Source: an uncultured Demequinaceae bacterium
GTDB taxonomy: Bacteria > Actinomycetota > Actinomycetes > Actinomycetales > Demequinaceae
Direction of reading: 5' to 3'
Assembly (NCBI GenBank): GCA_964438525.1
Contig: CAYTLH010000017.1
Coordinates: forward strand, 1 to 28,598
DNA: 28,598 nucleotides
Shown here: positions 16,375-25,168 of the stretch, in pieces
Layout of the letters: each line of letters opens with the position of its first letter
Numbering within the stretch: position 1 is the first letter of the stretch
Position numbers and translations under genes: made by a program
Notes under the pieces: model-generated
Databases searched by the model: none
Told to the model about the DNA's origin: nothing
What the model saw: the letters and a program-made list of their open reading frames with translations, nothing else

Positions 16375-18645
16375 TCAGGCCCGTTCGAGGAACTCCTCGC
16401 GTTCGGGGTCGAGCCATGCGGCGATCGCCTCCTCTAACTCCGGATGCGCCTCGAGATCCGGGTCGGCTTCGACGATGGCGTGGGCGTCCTCGCGGGCCGC
16501 TTCGATGACCTCCCTGTCCCGGATGACCCTCAGAAGCCTCAGCGAGTTGCGGCCGCCGGACTGGGCCGCGCCGAGCACGTCACCCTCCCGCCGGAGTTCG
16601 AGGTCTCTCTCCGCGAGTTCGAAACCGTCCGTGGTGTCGACGAGGGCCTGAAGCCGCTGGCGGGCGAGGGAATCCTCGGCGGCCGACGAGATCAGCAGGC
16701 AGACCCCGGGTACGTCCCCCCGACCGATCCTGCCCCGAAGTTGATGAAGTTGGGAGATGCCGAAGTGATCGGCGTCGAGGACGACCATGACCGAGGCCTT
16801 CGGCACGTCGACCCCCACCTCGATGACCGTCGTCGTGACCAAGACGGGCGTCTCGCCGGAGGCGAATCGGGCCATGGCGCGATCCTTCTCCTCGGGTTTG
16901 AGCCTCCCGTGCAGGACGCCGACCGACGCGTCCGGGAATTCGGGCCGAGACCTGAGTTCCTCGGCGACCTCGGTGACGGCGTGGAGAGATATGGGCGGTG
17001 CCGGGACGGGCTCGAGGTCGAGGGCGAGCTCACCGTCGTCCGTCACCCCTCCCCCGTTCCGAGGTGATTCGCCCTCGGCGCCCTCGTCGACGTCTCCCTC
17101 TTCGGTGACGTCGCCCTCGATCCTCGCGCACACCACGAAGGCCCGATTCCCGGCGTCGACCTCCTCCGCGACCCGGCCCCAGGCGCGATCGACCCAGGAC
17201 GCCTTGTCCGCCGGGACGATGTGGGTGGCGACGGAGGCCCGGCCCTCCGGCCGATCCTTGAGGAGCGAGGTGTCGAGGTCTCCGAAAACCGTCATCGCCA
17301 CCGTCCGGGGGATGGGGGTGGGGGTCATGACGAGCATGTGGGGTTCGTGCTCGGCACGGGTACGGAGCACGTCCCTCTGCTCCACCCCGAAACGGTGCTG
17401 CTCGTCCACGACGACCAGGCCGAGGTCGGCGAAGCCCACGCCCTCGGACAGGAGGGCGTGGGTTCCGATGACGATGCCGGCGGCTCCCGATTGGGCGTCG
17501 GCCAGGGCCGCCCGACGTTCCTCGCCGCCCCGAGAGCCGGTCAGCAGGACGACCTTGGTGGCCTTGTCGGGAGCCGAAAGGGTTCCGGCCTCCCCGAGGG
17601 GACCGAGCAGATCCCTGAGCGTCTTGAGGTGCTGCCAGGCGAGGACCTCGGTAGGGGCGAGGAGGGCCGCCTGGCCACCGGAATCGACGACCTGAAGCAT
17701 CGCCCTAAGGGCCACGACCGTCTTTCCCGCCCCGACGTCCCCCTGAAGCAGGCGGCGCATGGGCGCCTCCCCGGCGAGGTCGTCCGATACGACCCTCCCG
17801 ACGGCTACCTGCCCTTCGGTCAGGGCGTAGGGAAGGCGCTCATCGAGGGCATCCACCAGGCCTCCGGCGCGATAGGGGCGGGAGATGGAACGCAGGTCCT
17901 TGGCGGCGGACCGACGGCGGGCGAGCGCCGCCTGGAGGACGAAGGCCTCTTCGTACCGAAGCCGCGCCCGTCCTCGCGACCAGTCGTCGTCGGAATTCGG
18001 CACGTGTACCCCCTTCAGCGCCTGGAAGAGGCCCTCAAGGCCGCGATTCGCCCGGATCGCGGCCGGGACCGCATCGGGGACGTCCTCCTCCGTCAAGGGA
18101 TCGAGGACGGTCCGAACCGCCCGGGAGATCCGCCACGTGGGGACCCCGGCCGTCGCGGGGTATAGCGGTATCGGACGGGACGCCTCCAGAAGGGCTTCCT
18201 CCTCCGAGCCGGTGTCGAGGCCGACGACGAGGTAGTCGGGATGGGTGAGCTGCCTCTTTCCCCTGTACTCCCGGACCGTTCCCGTGAAGATGCCCGTCCG
18301 GCCCGGGCGGAGCCTGTCCTCGTGAACCCTGAGGACTTCCGGGCGCTTGGCGAAGAAGGTCAGGTCGAGGGTTCCCCGGCCATCGGTGACGACTGCCTCG
18401 AGGATTGCCCCGCCCCTCTTGCGCATGGGCCTCATCGTCACGGACCTGACCTCGGCGAGGACGGCGACATACTCGCCCGGGTGAAGCCCCCTTAGGTCGG
18501 TGGGCTCCCCCGGCTTCCCGTAGCGGCGGGGGTAGTGACGGAGGAGGTCGCCGACGGTCTCGAGGCCCAATCGGGCGAGGGCCCTGGCCGTCCGGGTCCC
18601 GACCACCCGGTCGAGGGGTTCGGCGAAGCGCGACCCGCCCGTCAT
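16375..18645 (-). CDS. recG: ATP-dependent DNA helicase RecG
   Basis: Wedge domain (LLRHYPRRY, LTHPDY), LLQGDVGAGKT, LLAPTEVLA, DEQHRFGV, TTVIEVGVDVP, QLHQLRGRIGRG, DGFELAERDLELRREGD. Motif III reads MTPTP. Confidence 0.96.
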   Translation of the reverse strand: MTGGSRFAEPLDRVVGTRTARALARLGLETVGDLLRHYPRRYGKPGEPTDLRGLHPGEYVAVLAEVRSVTMRPMRKRGGAILEAVVTDGRGTLDLTFFAKRPEVLRVHEDRLRPGRTGIFTGTVREYRGKRQLTHPDYLVVGLDTGSEEEALLEASRPIPLYPATAGVPTWRISRAVRTVLDPLTEEDVPDAVPAAIRANRGLEGLFQALKGVHVPNSDDDWSRGRARLRYEEAFVLQAALARRRSAAKDLRSISRPYRAGGLVDALDERLPYALTEGQVAVGRVVSDDLAGEAPMRRLLQGDVGAGKTVVALRAMLQVVDSGGQAALLAPTEVLAWQHLKTLRDLLGPLGEAGTLSAPDKATKVVLLTGSRGGEERRAALADAQSGAAGIVIGTHALLSEGVGFADLGLVVVDEQHRFGVEQRDVLRTRAEHEPHMLVMTPTPIPRTVAMTVFGDLDTSLLKDRPEGRASVATHIVPADKASWVDRAWGRVAEEVDAGNRAFVVCARIEGDVTEEGDVDEGAEGESPRNGGGVTDDGELALDLEPVPAPPISLHAVTEVAEELRSRPEFPDASVGVLHGRLKPEEKDRAMARFASGETPVLVTTTVIEVGVDVPKASVMVVLDADHFGISQLHQLRGRIGRGDVPGVCLLISSAAEDSLARQRLQALVDTTDGFELAERDLELRREGDVLGAAQSGGRNSLRLLRVIRDREVIEAAREDAHAIVEADPDLEAHPELEEAIAAWLDPEREEFLERA

Positions 18646-20174
18646 CGAGTGGGCTTGGATTCGACCCCGATGATGACCGCGGGCACCGCCTGCCCGCCCT
18701 CGTACACCTGGACGTCGACCCCGGGCGCCGATGCGGACAGGGTTTCGAGGGCTTGTGTCGCGAACTCTTCCGGTACCCCGTCCCCGAGGATGATCGTGGC
18801 CACCTCGGTGTCGGGGGCGATCATCTCGACGAGGTCCTCCGCGATCGCATCCACCCTGGCACGCGCGGACGTACAGCGGGCGACCGCGGCCGCCATGGGC
18901 CCCTCGGCGTCCTCACCCGGTGAGACGAGCGCCGCGGCGATCAAGGCGGAGAGGACCTGGGGCTCGCTCTCGGCCTCGAGCACGACGATGGAGGGCTCCC
19001 GCTCGTCCGTCGCCAGGGCCCTGACGGCGTCCGCCAGGGCCGGCGCCCCCGCTGCCACGATCACCCGGTCCGTCCCGGCGTCGGCGAGGATCCGCTCGAG
19101 GTCCCACGTCTCCACTCCGTCCGGGTCGAGGGACACCAACACGGCCGCCCCCGCCCCGGCCATCGCGGAGGCCAGCCCGGGACAGGTCGTGAGGGCGACG
19201 ACGCCGATGGGGCCTTCACACCCCTCGCCCATGACATCCCGCACGACGATCTGGTTGGAGGAGACCATACGGGCGAGGTCGATCGCCCGTTCTGGGTGAT
19301 CCGTGTGGACATGGGCCTGCCACAATCCGACGATGCCGGTCACCGCCACGGAATCCCCCACGTCCTTGAGGGCGGCCTTAAGCGATATATCGTGGACGCC
19401 TCCGACGATTCGATTGGATCGCGCGACGAACATGACCTCGTACGCCCCGGCCCCGGGGGCGTGCTCGTGGGCCGCGGCCCCCTGGGCCGGTGTCAGGCCG
19501 CCGACTCGTTCGTGGATCTCCCACTCGACCTCGTCCAAGGCGGCTAGGGCGTCCGGGCCGGCGATCATCTCCGCGAGAACCTCGAGCTGAAGCAGGAGGC
19601 CGGCGGCACCCGCGTCCACCACACCGGCGTCGTGAGCCTCGGGAAGGATCTCGGTCGTCCTCGCCAATTCCGCCCGGGCCGCCATGATCGCGGCTACGGC
19701 GACGGCCTCGATTCCGGCATGCGCGTCGACGGCTTCGCGTGCCCCCCGCGCGGCCGCCTTCGCCACCGTGAGGATCGTCCCCTCGACGGGTTCACCGACG
19801 GCCTCGTACGCCGCCTCCGCCGCCCGTTCCATGGCGAGGGCCACGTCCTCCCCCGTCGCCTCGGCCAAGCCTCCCGAATCGTCCAACGACCCGAGAAACG
19901 CGGTGAGGTATTGGGAGACGATGACCCCCGAGTTGCCCCTGGCCCCCATGAGGCAGCCCCGGGCGAAGGCCGCCACAACCTCGCGGTGGGATGCCGACTC
20001 GGGAAGATAGGCGACCGCCCTGTTGCCCTCGCGAAGGGTGAGGTAGAGGTTCGTACCGGTGTCGGAATCGGCAACCGGGAAGACGTTGATGGCGTCGAGG
20101 TGAGCCCTCTCACGCAGAACCGCCCGGACCCCAGACTCGAGCCATCGCCGCAACTTGCCGGATTCCGCCGCCAC
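18642..20174 (-). CDS. DAK2-domain protein (FakA/Rv2974c-like)
   Basis: [65 protein letters not shown] 20174 has a GGAGG RBS; ATG 20225 is an alternative leaderless start. ATGA overlap with recG. Confidence 0.88.
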   Translation of the reverse strand: MAAESGKLRRWLESGVRAVLRERAHLDAINVFPVADSDTGTNLYLTLREGNRAVAYLPESASHREVVAAFARGCLMGARGNSGVIVSQYLTAFLGSLDDSGGLAEATGEDVALAMERAAEAAYEAVGEPVEGTILTVAKAAARGAREAVDAHAGIEAVAVAAIMAARAELARTTEILPEAHDAGVVDAGAAGLLLQLEVLAEMIAGPDALAALDEVEWEIHERVGGLTPAQGAAAHEHAPGAGAYEVMFVARSNRIVGGVHDISLKAALKDVGDSVAVTGIVGLWQAHVHTDHPERAIDLARMVSSNQIVVRDVMGEGCEGPIGVVALTTCPGLASAMAGAGAAVLVSLDPDGVETWDLERILADAGTDRVIVAAGAPALADAVRALATDEREPSIVVLEAESEPQVLSALIAAALVSPGEDAEGPMAAAVARCTSARARVDAIAEDLVEMIAPDTEVATIILGDGVPEEFATQALETLSASAPGVDVQVYEGGQAVPAVIIGVESKPTR

Positions 20175-20290
20175 CGTACCTCCTTCCCGTGCGCCGCTGC
20201 CCGATTCCCCTACGCCCTTGGGCATCGTCGATATCGTGGCACGAATCGACCCAAACGCGAAAGCGGCGGCCCACCCCAGTCTTCCGGAGT

Positions 20291-20320
20291 TTGTGGGGAG
20301 GAGTGGACGTCGGGTATCCT
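20291..20320 (+). promoter_or_regulatory. Putative rpmB promoter
   Basis: TTGTGG (20291-20296), 18 nt, TATCCT (20315-20320). Confidence 0.4.
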
Positions 20321-20370
20321 TGCGCGGTTGGCCGCTCGCATCGGCGGGCGGAAGAACCTGGGAGAACACC

Positions 20371-20562
20371 GTGGCTGCCACCTGCGACGTATGCGGCAAA
20401 GGTCCCGTCTGGGGCTACTCCGTCTCGCACTCGCACCGACGCACCAAGCGTCGCTGGAATCCGAACATCCAGAAGGTCCGCACGGTCGTCGACGGCACGC
20501 CCAAGCGCCTGAACGTATGCGCCTCCTGCCTCAAGGCCGGCAAGGTCACTCGAGCCGTCTAG
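20371..20562 (+). CDS. rpmB: 50S ribosomal protein L28 (zinc-ribbon form), 63 aa
   Basis: [12 protein letters not shown]...[17 protein letters not shown]...[10 protein letters not shown]; GGAG RBS at 20361; start reassigned to GTG 20371. Confidence 0.97.
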   Translation: MAATCDVCGKGPVWGYSVSHSHRRTKRRWNPNIQKVRTVVDGTPKRLNVCASCLKAGKVTRAV

Positions 20563-20564
20563 GG

Positions 20565-21509
20565 CTAGATGCGGGCGAAGTGGTCCCATCCCCACCGCGC
20601 CGGGACCTCCCCATTCACGAGGACCCCCTGACGATCCCGGGTGGCCACACCGATCTCGAACCACCCGTCCGGCACATGAACCTTGGGTGGGAACGTCGCG
20701 ACGAGATGGTGGTCCTCGCCCCCCGTGAGCGCCCACTCGTCTGGATTCCCGACGATCGAAGCTGCGACGGCGGCGGCCGCCCGATGCACCGGCACCGCCT
20801 GGGACTCTATGGACATTCCGAGCGACGACGCCCGGGCCATGCGGGCGAGATCCGTCACCAAACCGTCGGAGATGTCCATCATGGACGTCGCTCCTGCCCT
20901 GGCGGCCTCGATCCCGACCCCGATCCTCGGTTGGGGACGGAGGAACAGGTCGATGGCCTCTTGGTCGATATCGAGCAGGTTGTCGAGTTGGTGATACCCG
21001 GCGGTCGCCGCACCCAGGGGGCCCGAGACGGCGATGATGTCCGCGTGTCGCGCCCCGCCCCGTCGAATCGGCTCGAAACCCCTCATCTCCCCTACGGCCG
21101 TCACGCTCACGGCAATCTCCTGGCTTCCGGAGAGGTCGCCCCCTACCACACCCACGCCCAACGGTTCGCACGCCTCCCGGAGCCCATCCGCGAAGTCCAG
21201 CACCCACTCGACCTCGGTCGTCGACGGGGCCCCGAGCGAGACCTGGAGGGCCACGGGAAACGCCCCCATCGCGTCGATGTCGGCAAGGTTCTGCACGGCA
21301 GCGCGGAATCCGACGTCTGCGGCCGTAGACCACTCCAGGCGAAAATGCCTGCCCTCGATGAGCACGTCGCTCGACAGGACGAGGTCTCCGTCCAGACGGA
21401 GCACGGCGGCGTCGTCCCCCGGTCCGAGAATCGCCTGGGAAGCCGAAGGCAAGCGGAGAGACATCCGCTCGATGAGGGCATCTTCGCCCAGATCGCCTAT
21501 CTGAGGCAC
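20565..21509 (-). CDS. thiL: Thiamine-monophosphate kinase
   Basis: GPGDDAAV, DVLIEGRHF, NLADIDAMGA, VVGGDLS, MMDISDGL, GGEDHHL. Confidence 0.95.
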   Translation of the reverse strand: MPQIGDLGEDALIERMSLRLPSASQAILGPGDDAAVLRLDGDLVLSSDVLIEGRHFRLEWSTAADVGFRAAVQNLADIDAMGAFPVALQVSLGAPSTTEVEWVLDFADGLREACEPLGVGVVGGDLSGSQEIAVSVTAVGEMRGFEPIRRGGARHADIIAVSGPLGAATAGYHQLDNLLDIDQEAIDLFLRPQPRIGVGIEAARAGATSMMDISDGLVTDLARMARASSLGMSIESQAVPVHRAAAAVAASIVGNPDEWALTGGEDHHLVATFPPKVHVPDGWFEIGVATRDRQGVLVNGEVPARWGWDHFARI

Positions 21510-21521
21510 AAGGCCAGCCTA
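21510..21521 (-). promoter_or_regulatory. Leaderless promoter of thiL
   Basis: Minus strand TAGGCT-ggcctt-GTG. Confidence 0.6.
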
Positions 21522-21539
21522 AAGCGGGCGGAGGGATTC

Positions 21540-21563
21540 CGCATGTTGGCTGTGTCACATGCG
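21540..21563. promoter_or_regulatory. 24-bp dyad resembling a CRP/GlxR-family operator
   Basis: CGCATGT-N10-ACATGCG; the core TGTTG-N6-TCACA matches TGTGA-N6-TCACA at 8 of 10 positions. Confidence 0.4.
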
Positions 21564-21688
21564 CGATACCCGCGCCACACGCGGAACACCTTCGATCCGA
21601 GCGGACGACACCCCTAGGCGTGGCTTCCCGGTTCGAGCCTTTCCCCCGCGTTACGGTGGGTGGGACGATCGATGAAGGCGAGGCGTCC

Positions 21689-22327
21689 ATGTCACCGCGG
21701 CTCAGTCGCCAAGAAAGGATCCAGCAAGACCTGGATGAGTTGCTCAGCCAGTCGGCCATGCTCGCCAAGGCCTTACTCGTCCGAAATGGCGAGTTCTTTC
21801 CCTTCGGCGCCACCGTCGGAAAACGCGGCCAATTCAACCTCGTCACCCCGACCCCCGAGGGTGATCGCCCAACCGCACAGGACGTCATCGAGGCCGTCCT
21901 GGCCGACTTCGCCTCGGCCCGTGACTCCCTCAGAGCGACGTCGGTCACCGCCCTGGCGACGACCGAGTCCGGGGCCGAGGCGGTCCGGGTCGAACTCGAG
22001 CACGCCGATGGGCCCGCGATACTCATCGCCCTCCCCTACTCCAGGAACCCCAACGGATCCTTCTCATACGGGGACATGGAGGCCCACCGGAGCGCTCGCA
22101 GGGTGTGGCCCGGGGAGCCGAAGCCTCGAAAGAAGGCCCCCGCGCGCACGCCCGTGAAGTCCAAGGCCAAGAAAGGGGGCCGGACCACCCGGCAGGCCTC
22201 CTCCTCGACGAAGACCACAAAGACGTCGAAAACCACTCGATCGACCAAACGCGAGACGGGTGAAACCACCCCTCATCGATCCACGGGCAAGACGAGGACG
22301 CACGCCCAACCCGTCCGTGTCGGCTAA
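21689..22327 (+). CDS. Hypothetical protein, about 140-aa globular domain plus a ~70-aa Lys/Arg/Thr/Ser-rich tail
   Basis: Fills the thiL-ddl gap. ATG 21689 follows GAAGGCGAGG and a possible -10 TACGGT at 21652-21657; the ORF-track start GTG 21620 is the alternative. Globular motifs GEFFPFGA, VRVELEH, LPY. Confidence 0.7.
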   Translation: MSPRLSRQERIQQDLDELLSQSAMLAKALLVRNGEFFPFGATVGKRGQFNLVTPTPEGDRPTAQDVIEAVLADFASARDSLRATSVTALATTESGAEAVRVELEHADGPAILIALPYSRNPNGSFSYGDMEAHRSARRVWPGEPKPRKKAPARTPVKSKAKKGGRTTRQASSSTKTTKTSKTTRSTKRETGETTPHRSTGKTRTHAQPVRVG

Positions 22328-22344
22328 GACCGAACAGGCCCGCG

Positions 22345-23433
22345 CTACCTGAGCCCGACCGGGCGGTCGAGCGCCGTCCGGAGCATCGTCTCCACCAGGT
22401 CCGGATACGTCAGGCCGTCCGCCTGCCACATCCTGGGATACATGGAGAAGGGCGTGAATCCAGGCATGGTGTTGACCTCGTTGACGACCACGGACCCATC
22501 CTCCTTGACGAAGGTGTCGACGCGGGCTATTCCCTCGCATCCGAGGGCGACGAACGCCCGTCGGGCATAGTCCTGAACCGTCTCGGAAGCCCCCGGAGGC
22601 AACTCGACGGGGCAGGACAAAGTCACGGACGCCTCGTCGAAGTACTTGGCCTCGTAGTCGTAGAACTCGTGCCCACCCGCGGTGGCGATCTCCCCCGGCG
22701 GCGAGACCCGAATCCCGTCGGATGTCTCGAGCACGGCACATTCGATTTCCCGTCCCATCACCCCCTCCTCGACGATGGCCTTGGCGTCGTGCTTGAACGC
22801 TTCGGCGAGGGCGGCGTCAAGGGCCTCCAGGGACCCGACCCTGGACACCCCGACGGAGGATCCGGCCCGTGCCGGCTTGACGAAGAGGGGCAGGGAGAGG
22901 TCCTCGATCTCGGAACGACGACGATGGGCCTCCTCGGCCCCCCGGACGACGATGGAACGGGTGACGGGAAGACCCGCCGAACGGAACACGATTCGCGCGA
23001 ACTCCTTGTCCATCCCCAGGGCGCTCGCCAGCACCCCCGCCCCGACATACCTCACGTCGACCAGTTCGAGCGCCCCCTGGAGGGTTCCGTCCTCGCCCCA
23101 CGGCCCGTGAAGCACGGGAAACACCACGTCGACGTCGGCGAGGCGCTCGAGCCTCCCCTGCCGTTCGACCCGCCACGTCCGCTCGTCCGCCCGCCCGGGC
23201 AGCAGGACCGGATCCCCGTCCTCCCCCACCTGGGGAAGGTCGCCGTCCCGAATCCGCCAGTCGAGCGGATCGTCGCTGACGTGGACCCACCGGCCGTCCA
23301 GCGTGATTCCGACGGCGATGACGTCCCAAGAGTCCCGGTCGATCGCCTCGAGGACGCCGCTCGCGGTCACGCAGGAGACCCCGTGCTCGGACGACCTCCC
23401 CCCGAGAAGCACCGCGACCGTCTGCCGAGCCAC
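22345..23433 (-). CDS. ddl: D-alanine--D-alanine ligase
   Basis: LGGRSSEHGVS, PVLHGPWGEDG, MDKE, FVKPARAGSSVG, REIEC, FYDYEAKY (D-Ala-D-Ala type omega loop), NEVNTMPGFT. Confidence 0.96.
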   Translation of the reverse strand: MARQTVAVLLGGRSSEHGVSCVTASGVLEAIDRDSWDVIAVGITLDGRWVHVSDDPLDWRIRDGDLPQVGEDGDPVLLPGRADERTWRVERQGRLERLADVDVVFPVLHGPWGEDGTLQGALELVDVRYVGAGVLASALGMDKEFARIVFRSAGLPVTRSIVVRGAEEAHRRRSEIEDLSLPLFVKPARAGSSVGVSRVGSLEALDAALAEAFKHDAKAIVEEGVMGREIECAVLETSDGIRVSPPGEIATAGGHEFYDYEAKYFDEASVTLSCPVELPPGASETVQDYARRAFVALGCEGIARVDTFVKEDGSVVVNEVNTMPGFTPFSMYPRMWQADGLTYPDLVETMLRTALDRPVGLR

Positions 23434-23435
23434 CG

Positions 23436-24449
23436 CTAGTCCCCCTCCGCCTTCCGGGGCCTCGACAAGAGCGTGGCGATGACCTTCTCCGGCTCGGCCC
23501 CCTCGTGGAGCATGGCCACGACGGAATCGCAGATCGGAACCTCGACCTCGACCATGCGGGCCAACTGCTGGATCGACCGAGAGGTTTCCGCCCCCTCCGC
23601 CGTGCCGCCGGTCTGCCCCACGGCCTCCTTGAGAGGGGTCCCCTTCCCAATGAGGTTGCCCAGGGTGTGGTTCCTCGACAGAGGTGACGCGCAGGTGGCG
23701 ATGAGGTCCCCGACCCCCGCAAGGCCCGAGAAGGTGTCGGGCTGGGCTCCGACGGCGAGCCCCAGCCTCTGGATCTCCGCCAATCCCCGGGTGATGATCG
23801 TCGCGGTCGTGTTGTTGCCGAATCCCCGGCCATCCGCGATCCCCGCGCTGACGGCGATGACGTTCTTATACGCGCCGCACAGCTCCACCCCGATGACGTC
23901 CGTGTTCGTATAGGGCCTGAAATAGGCGGAGGCTATCGCGTCGGCGACGGCCTGGGCCGCAGCCTCGGACTTCGAGGCGACGACGGTTGCCGTCGGTTGC
24001 CGTCGGGCGATCTCCTTGGCGAGGTTGGGTCCGGACACGACCGCCAGCCGGTCCTCGTCAACGCCCCAGACCTCCCCTAGGACCTCGCTCATCCTCAGGT
24101 GAGTGCCCACCTCGATTCCCTTCGTCAGCGAGGTCACGATGGCCTCCGAAGGCACGAGGTCCGCGAAGTCCGCGACGATGGATCTCAGGCTCTGGGCCGG
24201 GAGGGCGAGGAAGACCAGGTCGGATTCGTCCAAGGCCTCGGCCTGATCCTCCGTCGCCGAAATGTTCTCCGGAAGGTCCGCGTCTCCGACGAAGGCCGTA
24301 TTGGTGTGCGAGGCGTTGATCTCTTCGATGGCGTCCTTGTCGATTCCCCACATGACCACCTCGTTGCCGGCGTCGGCCAGTACCCGGGCGAACGTCGTCC
24401 CCCAGGCCCCGGTTCCGAGGACGGCCACCCGCGTCGACTCGGCCGTCAC
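23436..24449 (-). CDS. gpsA: NAD(P)H-dependent glycerol-3-phosphate dehydrogenase
   Basis: VAVLGTGAWGT, TKGIE, SGPNLAKEI, KNVIA, GDLIATC..PLSRN, AEG. Start GTG 24449 overlaps the plsC TGA. Confidence 0.96.
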   Translation of the reverse strand: MTAESTRVAVLGTGAWGTTFARVLADAGNEVVMWGIDKDAIEEINASHTNTAFVGDADLPENISATEDQAEALDESDLVFLALPAQSLRSIVADFADLVPSEAIVTSLTKGIEVGTHLRMSEVLGEVWGVDEDRLAVVSGPNLAKEIARRQPTATVVASKSEAAAQAVADAIASAYFRPYTNTDVIGVELCGAYKNVIAVSAGIADGRGFGNNTTATIITRGLAEIQRLGLAVGAQPDTFSGLAGVGDLIATCASPLSRNHTLGNLIGKGTPLKEAVGQTGGTAEGAETSRSIQQLARMVEVEVPICDSVVAMLHEGAEPEKVIATLLSRPRKAEGD

Positions 24450-25168
24450 GACTTCGCCGTCCTCATGTCGTGGGGCTTCGTCGGGGCCTTTTCTCCCCTG
24501 AGTTCTTCGACCATGGTTGTCAGCGTAGCCATGATCCGGTCGGTTGCCTCCCTCAGGACCCGCTTGGTCGGATGGGGGCCCTTGAGGTCGTCCAGGTCGA
24601 TGGGGGGGCCGGCGACGACCGTCACCTTCTTCCGCGGGATCGGCTTGAGCCATTTGCTGTAGTGGCCGAGCAGGCGATGGGCCCCCCATTGGGCGACGGG
24701 AATCACCGGCACCCCCGATACGAGGGCCATCCGCGCGGCCCCGGTTCGGGCGACCATCGGCCACAGGTCGGGGTCGCGCGTGAGGGTCCCCTCGGGAAAC
24801 ATGGCGATCATGTCGCCGCGTTCGAGAAAAGCCAGCCCCTCGTCGACGGCCTCCTTGGCCTTGGACGTCCCCCGCTGGACGGGCACCTGGTCGAGGGCTC
24901 GGAGGATCCACCCGACGACGGGGGCCCGGAACAGCCCATCCTTGGCGAGGAACCGGGGCGGACAACCGTTGTTATACAGGTAATGGGCGAAGGTCAAGGG
25001 GTCGGCGTAGGTCACGTGATTGGACACCGCGATGAAGCCTCCCTCTGCCGGGAGATGCTCAGCGCCGTGCCAATCCTTCTTGGTCATCAGGAACATGGGA
25101 GCGCGGACGAGCGCGGCCACACACTTGTACCCGCGCGGAACCTTGCCGCGGAGGGGGGCCCTACGCAA
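24446..25168 (-). CDS. plsC: 1-acyl-sn-glycerol-3-phosphate acyltransferase (start uncertain)
   Basis: SNHVTYADP (HxxxxD), FLAKDGLF, FPEGTLTRD, GAARMAL..GVPVIPVAQWG. TTG 25168 chosen as the likely start. Confidence 0.88.
   Translation of the reverse strand: MRRAPLRGKVPRGYKCVAALVRAPMFLMTKKDWHGAEHLPAEGGFIAVSNHVTYADPLTFAHYLYNNGCPPRFLAKDGLFRAPVVGWILRALDQVPVQRGTSKAKEAVDEGLAFLERGDMIAMFPEGTLTRDPDLWPMVARTGAARMALVSGVPVIPVAQWGAHRLLGHYSKWLKPIPRKKVTVVAGPPIDLDDLKGPHPTKRVLREATDRIMATLTTMVEELRGEKAPTKPHDMRTAKS

Noticed and set aside
10934-20562. Zinc-ribbon L28 and L32 as a sign of zinc regulation
   Set aside because: These are the ordinary C+ housekeeping copies at their usual loci, and no Zur-like box was seen.
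21625-21650. GGTTCGAGCC, resembling a tRNA T-loop
   Set aside because: Flanks CCCGG and CTTTC do not form a T-stem, and there is no acceptor stem, D-arm or CCA.
22345-23433. D-Ala-D-Lac (VanA-type) ligase
   Set aside because: The omega loop is FYDYEAKY and the gene is in the core gpsA-ddl context with no vanH/vanX.
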